53,703 nucleotides of DNA. It comes from Candidatus Poribacteria bacterium. Lineage in GTDB: Bacteria; Poribacteria; DTPJ01; WJIO01. Of this stretch, positions 39,200 to 48,751 are shown one piece after another. Numbering within the stretch: the first letter of the stretch is position 1; each line of letters opens with the position of its first letter. The notes beneath the pieces were generated by a model. That model searched no databases. It saw nothing but the letters and a program-made list of their open reading frames with translations, and had not been told where the DNA came from. Position numbers and translations under genes: made by a program. The stretch is from NCBI GenBank assembly GCA_014730235.1, contig WJIO01000153.1:1-53703 (forward strand), written 5' to 3'.

Positions 39200-40435
39200 T
39201 TATGGATGTGCGTTGGGATCTGTATCTGAAGTTCCCGCAGTAGATTCCTCATAATACGGGTATCCATCCTGATCTTCATCGTATTCATATTGTCTTACCT
39301 TGAGTTCAGCAGCTTTATAAAGTTTGCCATCAGGATATGTATCCCGGTAAGTCTTGTAATATTCGTAGGCGTTTTCGTATTGTCTTAAACTTTCGTAACA
39401 AATAGCCATATTGTATATAGCTTCACCACGTCGAAAATCTGTTGGATGATACTTAATATAATTATTATAAGCATCCAAAGCTTCAAAGTATTGTCCCATT
39501 TCCAACTGGTAAGTTTCAGCTATACCAAATCTTGCCTGAGCTGCCTGACGAAGCATGAGAGGTACTCTATCAATCAACATTCGATATGCTTCTATGGCTT
39601 TTGGATAATTTTTCAACTGTCGCCATTTGGTTGCGACCGCCAGGAAAGACTGAGCGACCTGCTCCTGTTTAATTCCATATCTTTCATAACCAGTAATATT
39701 ACGTCCCTCAGGAACTTTTCGTTTCTGAGCTTCTCTTATAAAGGCGATGTGTTCACTTATTTCACCGCGAATTTTATTGGTTTCTCTAAGCAAGTCCTGA
39801 ACTTCACTCACACGGAATTTAAGATCAGGATAATTTTCTTCGTTTACTTTTTCAAATTCATTCCAACCAGCATCCAGATCATACAGCTTATAGAAATATA
39901 TATTACCAATATTAACCTGTGCCTGGGCAGCTTTTGGACTACCAGGGAACTCTTCGATTAACTGATTATAAACTTCTATTGCCCTATCATAGTTACCCAG
40001 TCTGTTATCATATATAGATCCAAGTTCCATAAGGGCATCAGCGGCTACATCAGTACCAGGATTGTTACTATGCAATATTCTAAGCCTTTCGATATCCCTT
40101 CTACTTTCTCTTATCTGAGATACCCTGTTTCTGGCTTCTGTACCCAGGTAGCTCATTTTAGGCTCAGAATCGGCAACTTCCTGGAAAATCGCCATAGCTT
40201 CATCGAATTTTCCCTGGAATTTGTATGATTCACCTATATAGAATTTGGCCCGGTTTGTATAATCTCCACCCTGGGCAACAATTTCCTGAAAAGTTACAAT
40301 AGCTTCTTCGTAGTTTCCTGCTTCAAATTCCTTTAAACCACTTTCAAAATCAATACCTTCTGTTGTACAGCTATTTAGTGCTATAACAACAAACAGCAGA
40401 GCTACACACAAAGTAGCAATATATATCTGCCTCAT
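39200..40435 (-). CDS. TPR lipoprotein with a C-terminal DxDxDG motif
   Basis: Start ATG 40435 (RBS GGAGGA); lipobox LNSC; TPR repeats; tail DEDQDGY..YEE...GT...DP. Confidence 0.85.
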   Translation of the reverse strand: MRQIYIATLCVALLFVVIALNSCTTEGIDFESGLKEFEAGNYEEAIVTFQEIVAQGGDYTNRAKFYIGESYKFQGKFDEAMAIFQEVADSEPKMSYLGTEARNRVSQIRESRRDIERLRILHSNNPGTDVAADALMELGSIYDNRLGNYDRAIEVYNQLIEEFPGSPKAAQAQVNIGNIYFYKLYDLDAGWNEFEKVNEENYPDLKFRVSEVQDLLRETNKIRGEISEHIAFIREAQKRKVPEGRNITGYERYGIKQEQVAQSFLAVATKWRQLKNYPKAIEAYRMLIDRVPLMLRQAAQARFGIAETYQLEMGQYFEALDAYNNYIKYHPTDFRRGEAIYNMAICYESLRQYENAYEYYKTYRDTYPDGKLYKAAELKVRQYEYDEDQDGYPYYEESTAGTSDTDPNAHP

Positions 40436-40523
40436 TATAGTTCCTCCTCGGTTACCTTTATTGGCGGATTTGGTTTGATGTTTTAAACCCTTTAACGTCA
40501 AAACCAAAGTTTAAATTTTGGAG

Positions 40524-41777
40524 CTAATCTCCTATACTGGTTAGCTCAAAGTTTATGGGTATTTCACCATACTGCTCTTTTTGCTCATAGTTTTTGGGTA
40601 GTGCCTCAAATCTTATTTGCTCAACGTAATTACTTGCCAAAGTATCAAGTCTTGGGCTACCAGACTTTTTCACAACTTTAACGTTAGTTACATATCCGGC
40701 TGGATTAACCCAGAGCTTGATTATTGTAGTACCACCTTTACTGGCCTGGTATCCTTCGGGTAGTTTGGGCCAGAATACAACCTTCCTGCCAGCAATATCG
40801 CCGGTAATTTCGCCGGCAAAACTGGGTTTGGCTACTTCATCAGAAGGCCCGACTCGATCTTCAGGATAAGACACATCGCTTTCAACACGATTTGGCGGTC
40901 TTGCTATATTTGATCTGGGGCCATCTTTCACCTGCTGCTGAGTTCGTCCTATCTCAAGAACAGGTTTCTTTGTGCTATCCAAGGCCGAATCAACATTAAT
41001 AGCAGGGGCATTATCCTGGGGTTGAACCTCGCGTTCGCTGCGCGTGGCTGATCTCAACACCATATCACTGCCCTTGTCCGACACCCGGGCAAGGGTTTTG
41101 GGCAGTTGCGGCATAGAGTCCTCTATTTCACTTCCTGGGGCTGTGTCAGTTACGCTTTGTATCTCGATCTTGGGTAAAGTCGGTGCTTTTTCAGCAACAG
41201 TCTTATTCTGAGGTATAATCTCAGCCATTAAAGGTTGTTGTTCTTCTTCTATCTCTTCTATAGTTACAATAATTTCATTTTCTTCTGGCATTTCGGCTGT
41301 ATCTGCCGGCGCACCGTATATCAATATAGCAAGTATAGCTATAACAACAACATTTTCAGCGATAGCCAATATAAAGAAGGACGCCAATTCTTTTCTGGAT
41401 ATATAGGAAAATGCTCCAACTCCAGTAACGGTGCTGACAGCAGCATAGCCAATACTTATATTAAATCCCCAGAAACCAAGAACACCTATGACATTAACAG
41501 CAACTATTGCAGGACATACATATAATGCCAGAGCAGAAGCCCATACCTGTGATGTTACATAACCAATAGCACTGGTTACCCATAATGCACCTGCAATAAG
41601 CATTGCTAAACCAAATATAATTGATCCAACTTTAATTGTGGGAGTAAGGTGCATTGCTTCTGCCGTTGGTCTTGCACCCTCAACAACTGCCATTATACCA
41701 AGAACGACGTTAAGAACTCCCACAGCCAGAAGCACAATAACAATTATCCATTTTTTTCCTGATGATATTTCATTCAT
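40524..41777 (-). CDS. TonB-family protein with a polytopic (about 5 TM) N-terminus
   Basis: About 155-aa hydrophobic N-terminus, P/E-rich linker, TonB_C pattern G...IKLWV...G.V..VKV.K.SG...LD..A. Confidence 0.8.
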   Translation of the reverse strand: MNEISSGKKWIIVIVLLAVGVLNVVLGIMAVVEGARPTAEAMHLTPTIKVGSIIFGLAMLIAGALWVTSAIGYVTSQVWASALALYVCPAIVAVNVIGVLGFWGFNISIGYAAVSTVTGVGAFSYISRKELASFFILAIAENVVVIAILAILIYGAPADTAEMPEENEIIVTIEEIEEEQQPLMAEIIPQNKTVAEKAPTLPKIEIQSVTDTAPGSEIEDSMPQLPKTLARVSDKGSDMVLRSATRSEREVQPQDNAPAINVDSALDSTKKPVLEIGRTQQQVKDGPRSNIARPPNRVESDVSYPEDRVGPSDEVAKPSFAGEITGDIAGRKVVFWPKLPEGYQASKGGTTIIKLWVNPAGYVTNVKVVKKSGSPRLDTLASNYVEQIRFEALPKNYEQKEQYGEIPINFELTSIGD

Positions 41778-41823
41778 CTGTTAACACCACCTGTCATGTA
41801 CTGGACTTGACAGACCAAAAATA

Positions 41824-42507
41824 CTAATCCTCATCTTCGTCTTCGCCGCTCATTTCCGATTCCTGTGTTACCAGTCTGGATTCTCCTGTTGTAAAGAAGC
41901 GCACCAGGGAAAACGAATGACGTACCATTTCGTTTATCATACTATCTACTTTTGACATAAAATAAGCATAAGCTATCATAGCGGGAATTGCAACTGTCAG
42001 ACCGGCAGCAGTAGTCAAAAGTGCATAGGAAACTCCCCTTGCAACAGTAGTCGCTGTGTCAGGTCTGTCTGTTCTCCAAACAGCACCAAAAGAAATAAAC
42101 ATACCGGAAACTGTACCTAAAAGCCCGATAATAACAGCTATTCCACCGAGAAAAGACAGGGTTTTCAGATACTTCTGTAAACGGAGCTTTTCCAAATTTG
42201 CGGTTTGATTAATGACCGCCCATAAGTCCGGTTTTCTTAAGTACCTGTTTTTTATTGCGACTTTTATTATCTTTGTAAGAGGGCCCGGTCGTGAATCACA
42301 TAGAGAAAGGGCAAGGTCCAGCTTTCCTTTTTCAAGCACTCTATAGATCCTTGCGATGAAACGACGAGGCATGAGTTTTCTCCTGCGCAGATTATATAAA
42401 CGTTCAAGAATAATAGCATGGGAAAACAGAGAGCAAAAAAGTAGAGGTATAAGTAAAGGTCCACCATTGCCCAGTTGAGAAAATCCACCTGTTATAGCAT
42501 CAATCAT
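41824..42507 (-). CDS. MotA/TolQ/ExbB proton-channel family protein
   Basis: GG....PL..CS ... IILER; GLLGTV.GM..SF; ALLTTA.GL.VAIPA. Confidence 0.92.
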   Translation of the reverse strand: MIDAITGGFSQLGNGGPLLIPLLFCSLFSHAIILERLYNLRRRKLMPRRFIARIYRVLEKGKLDLALSLCDSRPGPLTKIIKVAIKNRYLRKPDLWAVINQTANLEKLRLQKYLKTLSFLGGIAVIIGLLGTVSGMFISFGAVWRTDRPDTATTVARGVSYALLTTAAGLTVAIPAMIAYAYFMSKVDSMINEMVRHSFSLVRFFTTGESRLVTQESEMSGEDEDED

Positions 42508-42579
42508 AATTATTTAAACATATTCAATGTAAAATACAAGTTGTTTTAAATTCAAACTGTGCATTTAATTTATTGTTTT

Positions 42580-42671
42580 GGTTCTTCCAACTTGAGTGTG
42601 GAAATAAAAAAATTTTTCTAATTAAGAAAAAATCTCATCTTTTTGTCATTCCTGCTTTTGCAGGAATGACA
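42580..42671. mobile_element. Truncated ISL3-like MITE with a REP hairpin
   Basis: GGTTCTTCCAACTTGAGTGTGGAAAT ...; colinear with the reverse complement of 28581-28719 through TGTCATTCCTGC-TTTT-GCAGGAATGACA; second end absent. Confidence 0.75.
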
Positions 42672-42685
42672 GGCTAGGGTTCTAG

Positions 42686-42721
42686 GCTTGTAGGAACACG
42701 GCATGCCGTGTTCCTACAAGC
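42686..42721. repeat. GTAG-type REP palindrome
   Basis: Perfect 36-bp palindrome GCTT-GTAGGAACACGGCATGCCGTGTTCCTAC-AAGC. Confidence 0.8.
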
Positions 42722-42784
42722 GCATAAATAATATGTCTTTTAAAAAGTGCGAAAGTATAGTCTTTAGAGATTCTATTTATATAG

Positions 42785-44545
42785 TTAAAATTTCAAAACT
42801 AAACCCAAATCAATCATCCAATCTGGCAATCCGTATTCTTTCCAGATTTGATATTTATCCTCTCCAAAATAAAATTGGCTTGAAGCAAAGACCTTCGCAT
42901 ATTTTCCAAAGCTTTTTGATATACCCGGTTTCACAAGGAAATAGCCAGGAAGTGTTTCTTCGCCATTCAATTCTGTATATCTTATTCCCCAGAATTCACC
43001 ATCAACAGAAAACTCCAGACCCAGCGGGGCTTCATAGGTAAAGCCAAGAAGGCCTTTATTATTTGGTCTGTATGGAATATTAATGTCGTTTTCCTGCTGG
43101 TGAAATTCTTGTATATATTCAACGTTATGTTTTAAACGATCTCCAAATGCTGAACCTTCCCATCCTGCTTTAAAACCATATATGCGAGAACTTTCCAGAG
43201 AAATAGGCTTCCAGGATAAGGTATCATCCTGAATATTTTCAAATATTACCAGGTCATCAACTTCACGATCAAAAGCTTCGGCAGTTATTGCGAATTTTCT
43301 TGTTATTCTATACTGCAAAGATGCTTTTATATCCCAGGATCTTTCCAGACTTAAAGATGGATTTAATCGCATATAATTATTCTGGATATATAAATCTCTA
43401 AGGTTCTGTCTAATGACATTTCTTTCAACACCAAATTTAAGTATAGCATTTCTACCTAGTCTCGATGTAAATATAAGATTTGGATTCAGATATATATCCG
43501 GTTCCCATCCTTCACCATTTTCAGAACCTTTACGGGCATCAAATAATAAATTCAATTCAGCGCTTAAGACAAATATCAGGAATCTTATATACTGGTCACG
43601 AACATATAGCTTTACTGTTGCTTCCTGTGCTTCTTCGTTTTCATTTTCTCCATCAAGATATGATATGTCTCCGCCCATTTCAATGGGATTGGATTTAGAT
43701 AGTAACGCGCTAAATCCTAATCCTGCCTTGATATCCAACGCACCATGAGAATCAGATGTAACGGGTTCGGTCATTTGAAGGTTTGTAATATCCAAATTAA
43801 TAGATGCGTCAAAATTATCTGAAAGTTTTTGATCCAGATCCAGATACGCGTTTGCTATTGACCTATCGTTCTCATAATTTGCACCAGTATTGCTTAAATA
43901 AGCCATATCTTTGGCTTTATAATTCACATCGACTTTCAGATTTGTATTCTCAGTCTGATATGTAATAGCTCCCCGCAGTTTATCAATATTAAATTCTTCC
44001 AGATTATTATTTTCATTACTGACCATCTCTGGTGTTCTTTCTTTTCTTAAAGATGTTCTACCAGCTTCAACTAATGCCTCTGCATTGCCAAATCCCCTGA
44101 AGAATAGCATCTGGTATGATAAAACTACAGGAACACCCGAATAAGCCTTAATAGAAACCAGGAAATCCCGCTCTGATTCCTCTTTAGTATCACTCAGTTT
44201 TCCCGGAAGAGATGTAGGGGGAAGATACCAGGGACGCTCTTTTCGTTTCAATGGAGTATATATTCTGGAATCAGGCTTAGTAAAGCTGTGAAATTTCTCC
44301 TTTGGAATTTTAAGCTGGGTGGTATCCAGAATTTCTATATTAACAGTCGGAAGATCCATTATTTTGTCTTCATCGTCTTCGTCTTCCTTTATTTCCTCCT
44401 GGCTGTATGAATTTGCTAGAGCGAGAGTCAGGAAACCAACAAATAAGATACAAAACAATAAATATACAAATATTTTGTGGCTTGTTTTGGATCTCAGGTT
44501 TTGGGGCCTATCTCTCACCCGCATCACCTCCTGGAGCAGTCTCAA
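42785..44545 (-). CDS. Outer-membrane beta-barrel, TonB-dependent-receptor-like
   Basis: Hydrophobic N-terminal segment, amphipathic strands, NPSL.LERS motif, C-terminal DLGLVLKF; start codon uncertain. Confidence 0.7.
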   Translation of the reverse strand: MRLLQEVMRVRDRPQNLRSKTSHKIFVYLLFCILFVGFLTLALANSYSQEEIKEDEDDEDKIMDLPTVNIEILDTTQLKIPKEKFHSFTKPDSRIYTPLKRKERPWYLPPTSLPGKLSDTKEESERDFLVSIKAYSGVPVVLSYQMLFFRGFGNAEALVEAGRTSLRKERTPEMVSNENNNLEEFNIDKLRGAITYQTENTNLKVDVNYKAKDMAYLSNTGANYENDRSIANAYLDLDQKLSDNFDASINLDITNLQMTEPVTSDSHGALDIKAGLGFSALLSKSNPIEMGGDISYLDGENENEEAQEATVKLYVRDQYIRFLIFVLSAELNLLFDARKGSENGEGWEPDIYLNPNLIFTSRLGRNAILKFGVERNVIRQNLRDLYIQNNYMRLNPSLSLERSWDIKASLQYRITRKFAITAEAFDREVDDLVIFENIQDDTLSWKPISLESSRIYGFKAGWEGSAFGDRLKHNVEYIQEFHQQENDINIPYRPNNKGLLGFTYEAPLGLEFSVDGEFWGIRYTELNGEETLPGYFLVKPGISKSFGKYAKVFASSQFYFGEDKYQIWKEYGLPDWMIDLGLVLKF

Positions 44546-47500
44546 GAGCCTCTATTTTCTCCAACTGTTTACGGGCAAAATCTATGGCTGTATCCCAATC
44601 CGGCTTTTTCTTGTCGTAGTATTCACCACCTGGATTAGCATAATCTTTAATTATCTTGCGATACCAGATAGCTGCGTCGCTCCATCTTCCCAGTCTTTCA
44701 TAACTGTATCCGGCTCTTGAAAGAGCGTATATTCCCAGGTCAGGATCAAAATATACAAGAGAAACCCTGAGATAAGCCTCAGCCGCTTCCTCGTATTGGC
44801 CCATTTCATATAGACCTTCAGCCTTGTATAATTGGGCAGAGGCTTCAATTTCTTTGCTATAAGTTCCGGGATTTTTCAGTATAACATCAAAAGCTTCCAC
44901 TGCCTCTTTATATCTACCCATCTCATGCAAAACTCTACCCAGTAGCAATTGAGCATTTGGTGAATCCTCACTCTCTGGATAATTTTTCAAAAGTCTCCTG
45001 TAAGCTTCTTCAGCATCCTGCCATTTAAGTAAATCCTGGTTTGCCTGACCTATAGCAAAAAGCGCCCTGGGTGCTTCTACGCTATTAGGATAAGATTTCA
45101 CCACATTTTCATATGCATTTATGGATTTTTGCAGATCACGCTCCGGGTTATTCTTATCATACCAGCATTGCCCTATTTCATAAGCAGATTTTGAAGCTGA
45201 AGATGAGTTAGGGTATGACGCAACAGTCTTTTCAAAAGCACTTATGGCCTGAGAATATGAGCCAAGTTGCTTGTAACTTATTCCAATATTATACTGAGCC
45301 CGGGAAGCTGATGAGCTTTTGGGATATGTATTAATAACAGCTTGGTATTCAGCAATAGCTTGAGCATAATTATTTCTGTCATAGTTATAATTACCTAATT
45401 CCATCTGAACAATAGGTGAATATTCGCTTTGTGGATATATCCTGAGCAACATTCGATAAGCAGTCAGCGCTTCCCTGCTGTTGCCTGCCTGTTCATAGGC
45501 CTGGGCGATAGAGTATTGAGCATCATCAGAAAGGTCATGGGTAGGATAATTATCAATAAGTTGCTGATAAGATTTGATAGCGGTGATATAATCAGAAAGG
45601 TTATAATATGCATCAGCTATTTTAAACATGGCTTCGGGTCTGAGATCGCTGTTTTTATAATCTCTTGTAATACGTTCATATTGAGATATAGCTTCTTCAT
45701 ATTTATTCATCTCAAAATACGAGTCACCCATCAGAGCCAAAGCTTTATCCACAAGTTCAGTACCTTTATTATTTTCAATTAAAGCTTTTGCCGTTTGTAT
45801 AGCTTCCTGATAGTCCTTTTGTTTGTATCTGCACCATGCTATCCAGTATTGAGAATCATCAACTAAATTGCTCTGAGGATAAAGAGTAATAACAACCCGG
45901 AAAGCCTCAATCGCAGAGGAATAATTGTTGATATTAATAAATGCGTAACCAATGTAATATTGGGCTTTTCCGCTGACGCTGCTGCCCTTATAATCGGATG
46001 TAACCTCCTGCCAGGAATTTATTGCCTGGTTGTAAAGAGAATTCCTTGATCTGGTATTTTCTGTTGATCTGGCCTGGTCGAAATAAGTTAACCCTATGCC
46101 ATATTGGCTCTGATCATTCCATTCACCATCAGGATTGTTATTTATCAGGTCGGTGTATTCTTTCCGTGCATCGGCGTATTTATTTTGCGAGTATAAAGAT
46201 TCGGCAATATAAAATCTGGCTTTATATACAAATTCACTGTCGGGATATTGCTGTTGAAATTTTCTAGCAGCGTTTATTGCATCTTCATAGCGATCCAGTT
46301 CAAATAATGAAACTATTTTCCAGTATAATGCGGCATCGGATTGGGCACTGGTCATATCCGTATTCGGATATTCCTGAAGGAATCTGTCAACAGCGCTAAC
46401 GGTTTCGTTATATTTGTTAATCTGGAAATACGAGGTAGCTATTCTGAAAAGAGCCTGAGGTTTAAATTCAGTTTTAGGGAACTTCGTCAAAAGCAAATCG
46501 AAAGCGTCTATTGCTTCCTGATATTGCTTTAGCTCAAGATAAGCCAGCGCGCTCCAATATGCCGCCCTGTCGCCATATTCTGAAGCGACGTTTACCCTGG
46601 AGAATTCCAGCAAAGCCGAATTATAATCCTGCTGTTGGAAGCGACACTGACCCATATGGAATCTGGTAGCATCCTCCCATTCTGTATCACGATATGTCAG
46701 CACCAGCTTGAATTCTTTATAAGCTTTGGAGTATTCCTCCTCCATAAGATACGTGTAAGCTATGCTGTACCTGGCATCATCAGCAACACGGCTGGTAGGA
46801 TAAATCTCAATAACTTTGCCATATTCATATTTTGCTTCAGCATATTTCTTTTGAGCATATAATACCTCAGCTATACCATATTGAGCTTCTGCGGCTCCAT
46901 CTTTAAATTCAGGATAATCATGCAAATATTTATCAAAACTTTGTCTTGCTTTATCCAGGTTACCCAATTCGGTATAAGCTTGACCCATTTTAAGAAGTGC
47001 ATCGGCGGCTATTTTCCGGGAATCGCTGTATTTATCCAGAATCATCTGGTAAACAGAAACAGCTTCTTCCCATTTTTTCAAAGCAAAAAGGCTTTCACCG
47101 GCTAAATATGCCGAATCTGGAGCTCTTTTGCTTTCAGGAAACTGCTCAACCAGCTTAATGAAAGATTGATATGATGCCTGATAACGTCGAAGATTATATA
47201 GAGACCAGGCCTTCGAATATATTGTAGTCTCTGTCTCTTTAGCTTCGGGATATTTAACCAAAAGCTGGTCATAATATTCTATGGCTTCTTCGTATCTAGC
47301 GAGATTATATAAAGCCTCACCTACCTGGTAAAGGACAAAAGACTCAATTTCCGGATCCTCTATTTGCCCGATAATATCTTTATAGGCTTGTATAGCCTCT
47401 TCGTATCTGCCTTGTTGATACCATGAATCAGCTATTCCCCGAAGGGCGTCTATCCTCAATTCACTGCCAGGATAATCGTTTAATAAAAGTTTATATTCCT

Positions 47501-47753
47501 CAACAGCCTTTGAATATTCCCCTTCATAATAAAAGCAATAGCCTATAAAAAGACGGGCATCATCAGCTTTATCGCTTTTGGGATATGTTTCAATGAATTT
47601 CTCAAACTGCTCACGAGCCATCTTGTAAGCCCGTTCCTGGAAAAGATTATAGGCAAAAGCATAATCCCTCGCTTCATCGGCATTGGAATTTGAAACAATG
47701 CAAAAAGCCAACGCTATCATAAGAACAAGTGTGGAAATGTAACGTATATCCAT
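44508..47753 (-). CDS. Large exported all-TPR protein (CpoB/BamD-like repeats)
   Basis: Signal peptide, then more than 20 tandem A.Y.IG..Y.....Y..A...Y...I..YP.S units. Confidence 0.92.
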   Translation of the reverse strand: MDIRYISTLVLMIALAFCIVSNSNADEARDYAFAYNLFQERAYKMAREQFEKFIETYPKSDKADDARLFIGYCFYYEGEYSKAVEEYKLLLNDYPGSELRIDALRGIADSWYQQGRYEEAIQAYKDIIGQIEDPEIESFVLYQVGEALYNLARYEEAIEYYDQLLVKYPEAKETETTIYSKAWSLYNLRRYQASYQSFIKLVEQFPESKRAPDSAYLAGESLFALKKWEEAVSVYQMILDKYSDSRKIAADALLKMGQAYTELGNLDKARQSFDKYLHDYPEFKDGAAEAQYGIAEVLYAQKKYAEAKYEYGKVIEIYPTSRVADDARYSIAYTYLMEEEYSKAYKEFKLVLTYRDTEWEDATRFHMGQCRFQQQDYNSALLEFSRVNVASEYGDRAAYWSALAYLELKQYQEAIDAFDLLLTKFPKTEFKPQALFRIATSYFQINKYNETVSAVDRFLQEYPNTDMTSAQSDAALYWKIVSLFELDRYEDAINAARKFQQQYPDSEFVYKARFYIAESLYSQNKYADARKEYTDLINNNPDGEWNDQSQYGIGLTYFDQARSTENTRSRNSLYNQAINSWQEVTSDYKGSSVSGKAQYYIGYAFININNYSSAIEAFRVVITLYPQSNLVDDSQYWIAWCRYKQKDYQEAIQTAKALIENNKGTELVDKALALMGDSYFEMNKYEEAISQYERITRDYKNSDLRPEAMFKIADAYYNLSDYITAIKSYQQLIDNYPTHDLSDDAQYSIAQAYEQAGNSREALTAYRMLLRIYPQSEYSPIVQMELGNYNYDRNNYAQAIAEYQAVINTYPKSSSASRAQYNIGISYKQLGSYSQAISAFEKTVASYPNSSSASKSAYEIGQCWYDKNNPERDLQKSINAYENVVKSYPNSVEAPRALFAIGQANQDLLKWQDAEEAYRRLLKNYPESEDSPNAQLLLGRVLHEMGRYKEAVEAFDVILKNPGTYSKEIEASAQLYKAEGLYEMGQYEEAAEAYLRVSLVYFDPDLGIYALSRAGYSYERLGRWSDAAIWYRKIIKDYANPGGEYYDKKKPDWDTAIDFARKQLEKIEALETAPGGDAGER

Positions 47754-47811
47754 ATTTAGCAGATACCTCACTGTTCATACCTCTCTTTGCTCTAAATCAA
47801 AGTTAATTGCT

Positions 47812-47841
47812 ATTATAACATTCAGAGGGTGTGATTTTCAA
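47812..47841 (-). promoter_or_regulatory. Putative sigma70 promoter for the TPR/barrel operon
   Basis: TTGAAA-18 bp-TATAAT with a TG extended -10. Confidence 0.6.
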
Positions 47842-47892
47842 GCACTTTTTAGGTGTATGTATAATAAAGAAAAGCATCTATATAATTATTAT

Positions 47893-47956
47893 GATTCTTC
47901 CGGATTTAGTGTGGTTATAATTGAAACTTCTTTACCAAATTGAACCCGGAAGAGCC
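47893..47956. mobile_element. Minimal 64-bp empty ISL3-like MITE
   Basis: GATTCTTCCGGATTTAGTGTGG ... GAACCCGGAAGAGCC flanked by the direct repeat ATAATTATTAT (47882-47892 and 47957-47967). Confidence 0.8.
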
Positions 47957-47979
47957 ATAATTATTATCTAAAATGATTT

Positions 47980-48645
47980 TTAGTAATTACCATTATCCAG
48001 AAGTAAAAAAGGAATTGTACGTAGAACGATCTTGAAATAAAGCTTTATTGATCTGTTTTTTATGTAATCTATATCGTATTTTACTATACTCTCAAATTCC
48101 AGATTAGATCCGCCGTTAACTTGGGCTAAACCGGTTATTCCGGGTTTTATTTTAAGCCTCTGTTTATGATAATCTGAATAAAGCTCATATTCTGATAAAA
48201 TAGGTGCTCTGGGACCTACTAGACTCATATCACCTTTTATTACATTAATAAGCTGAGGAAGTTCATCAAGACCCAAGGGCCTTATGTATTTCCCTATTCT
48301 GGTGATCCGAGTGTCATTTTTCATTTTTACTACAGGCTCAACAGAACCATCGCTGTTTTTCCTGTATTTTTGAGTCATCTTATCAGCATTTTGACACATA
48401 CTGCGAAATTTATACATCCTGAAACATTTACCATTTTCTCCAATACGCTTTCCCTTGAAGAAAACCTCTCCAGGTGACTCCATTTTAATGAGTGCAGCCA
48501 GAAATGTAAACATAGGAGTTAATGCAATAAGTCCTAAAACAGAAAATACAATGTCACTTAGTCTTATAACGTAATCATCAAAAGACCGATTTTTGCCAGT
48601 AGATGAATCAATTGATGAACCGATACCGGCAGTATAATCTGCCAT
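47980..48645 (-). CDS. Bacterial sugar transferase (priming phosphoglycosyl transferase)
   Basis: R..DI, F.MYKFRSM, D.RITRIG, LDELPQLINV.KGDMSLVGPR, KPGITGLAQV. Confidence 0.93.
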   Translation of the reverse strand: MADYTAGIGSSIDSSTGKNRSFDDYVIRLSDIVFSVLGLIALTPMFTFLAALIKMESPGEVFFKGKRIGENGKCFRMYKFRSMCQNADKMTQKYRKNSDGSVEPVVKMKNDTRITRIGKYIRPLGLDELPQLINVIKGDMSLVGPRAPILSEYELYSDYHKQRLKIKPGITGLAQVNGGSNLEFESIVKYDIDYIKNRSIKLYFKIVLRTIPFLLLDNGNY

Positions 48646-48751
48646 TAGATACCTCCTGTTTAAACTTAAAGAGCAGCAGGAAAATCAAAAAACCAAAACA
48701 TTTCTGAGGCATATAAAACCTATATTAGTTAAAGATATTTCAAAAACTTGC

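Noticed and set aside
42703-43041. 112-aa plus-strand ORF starting inside the GTAG REP
   Set aside because: Its ATG is the centre of the palindrome, and the rest is antisense to the barrel gene
47674-47778. Out-of-frame ATG with an RBS-like GAGAGG giving a 34-aa ORF over the TPR gene start
   Set aside because: No supporting features; an in-frame ATG with RBS at 47753 explains the gene
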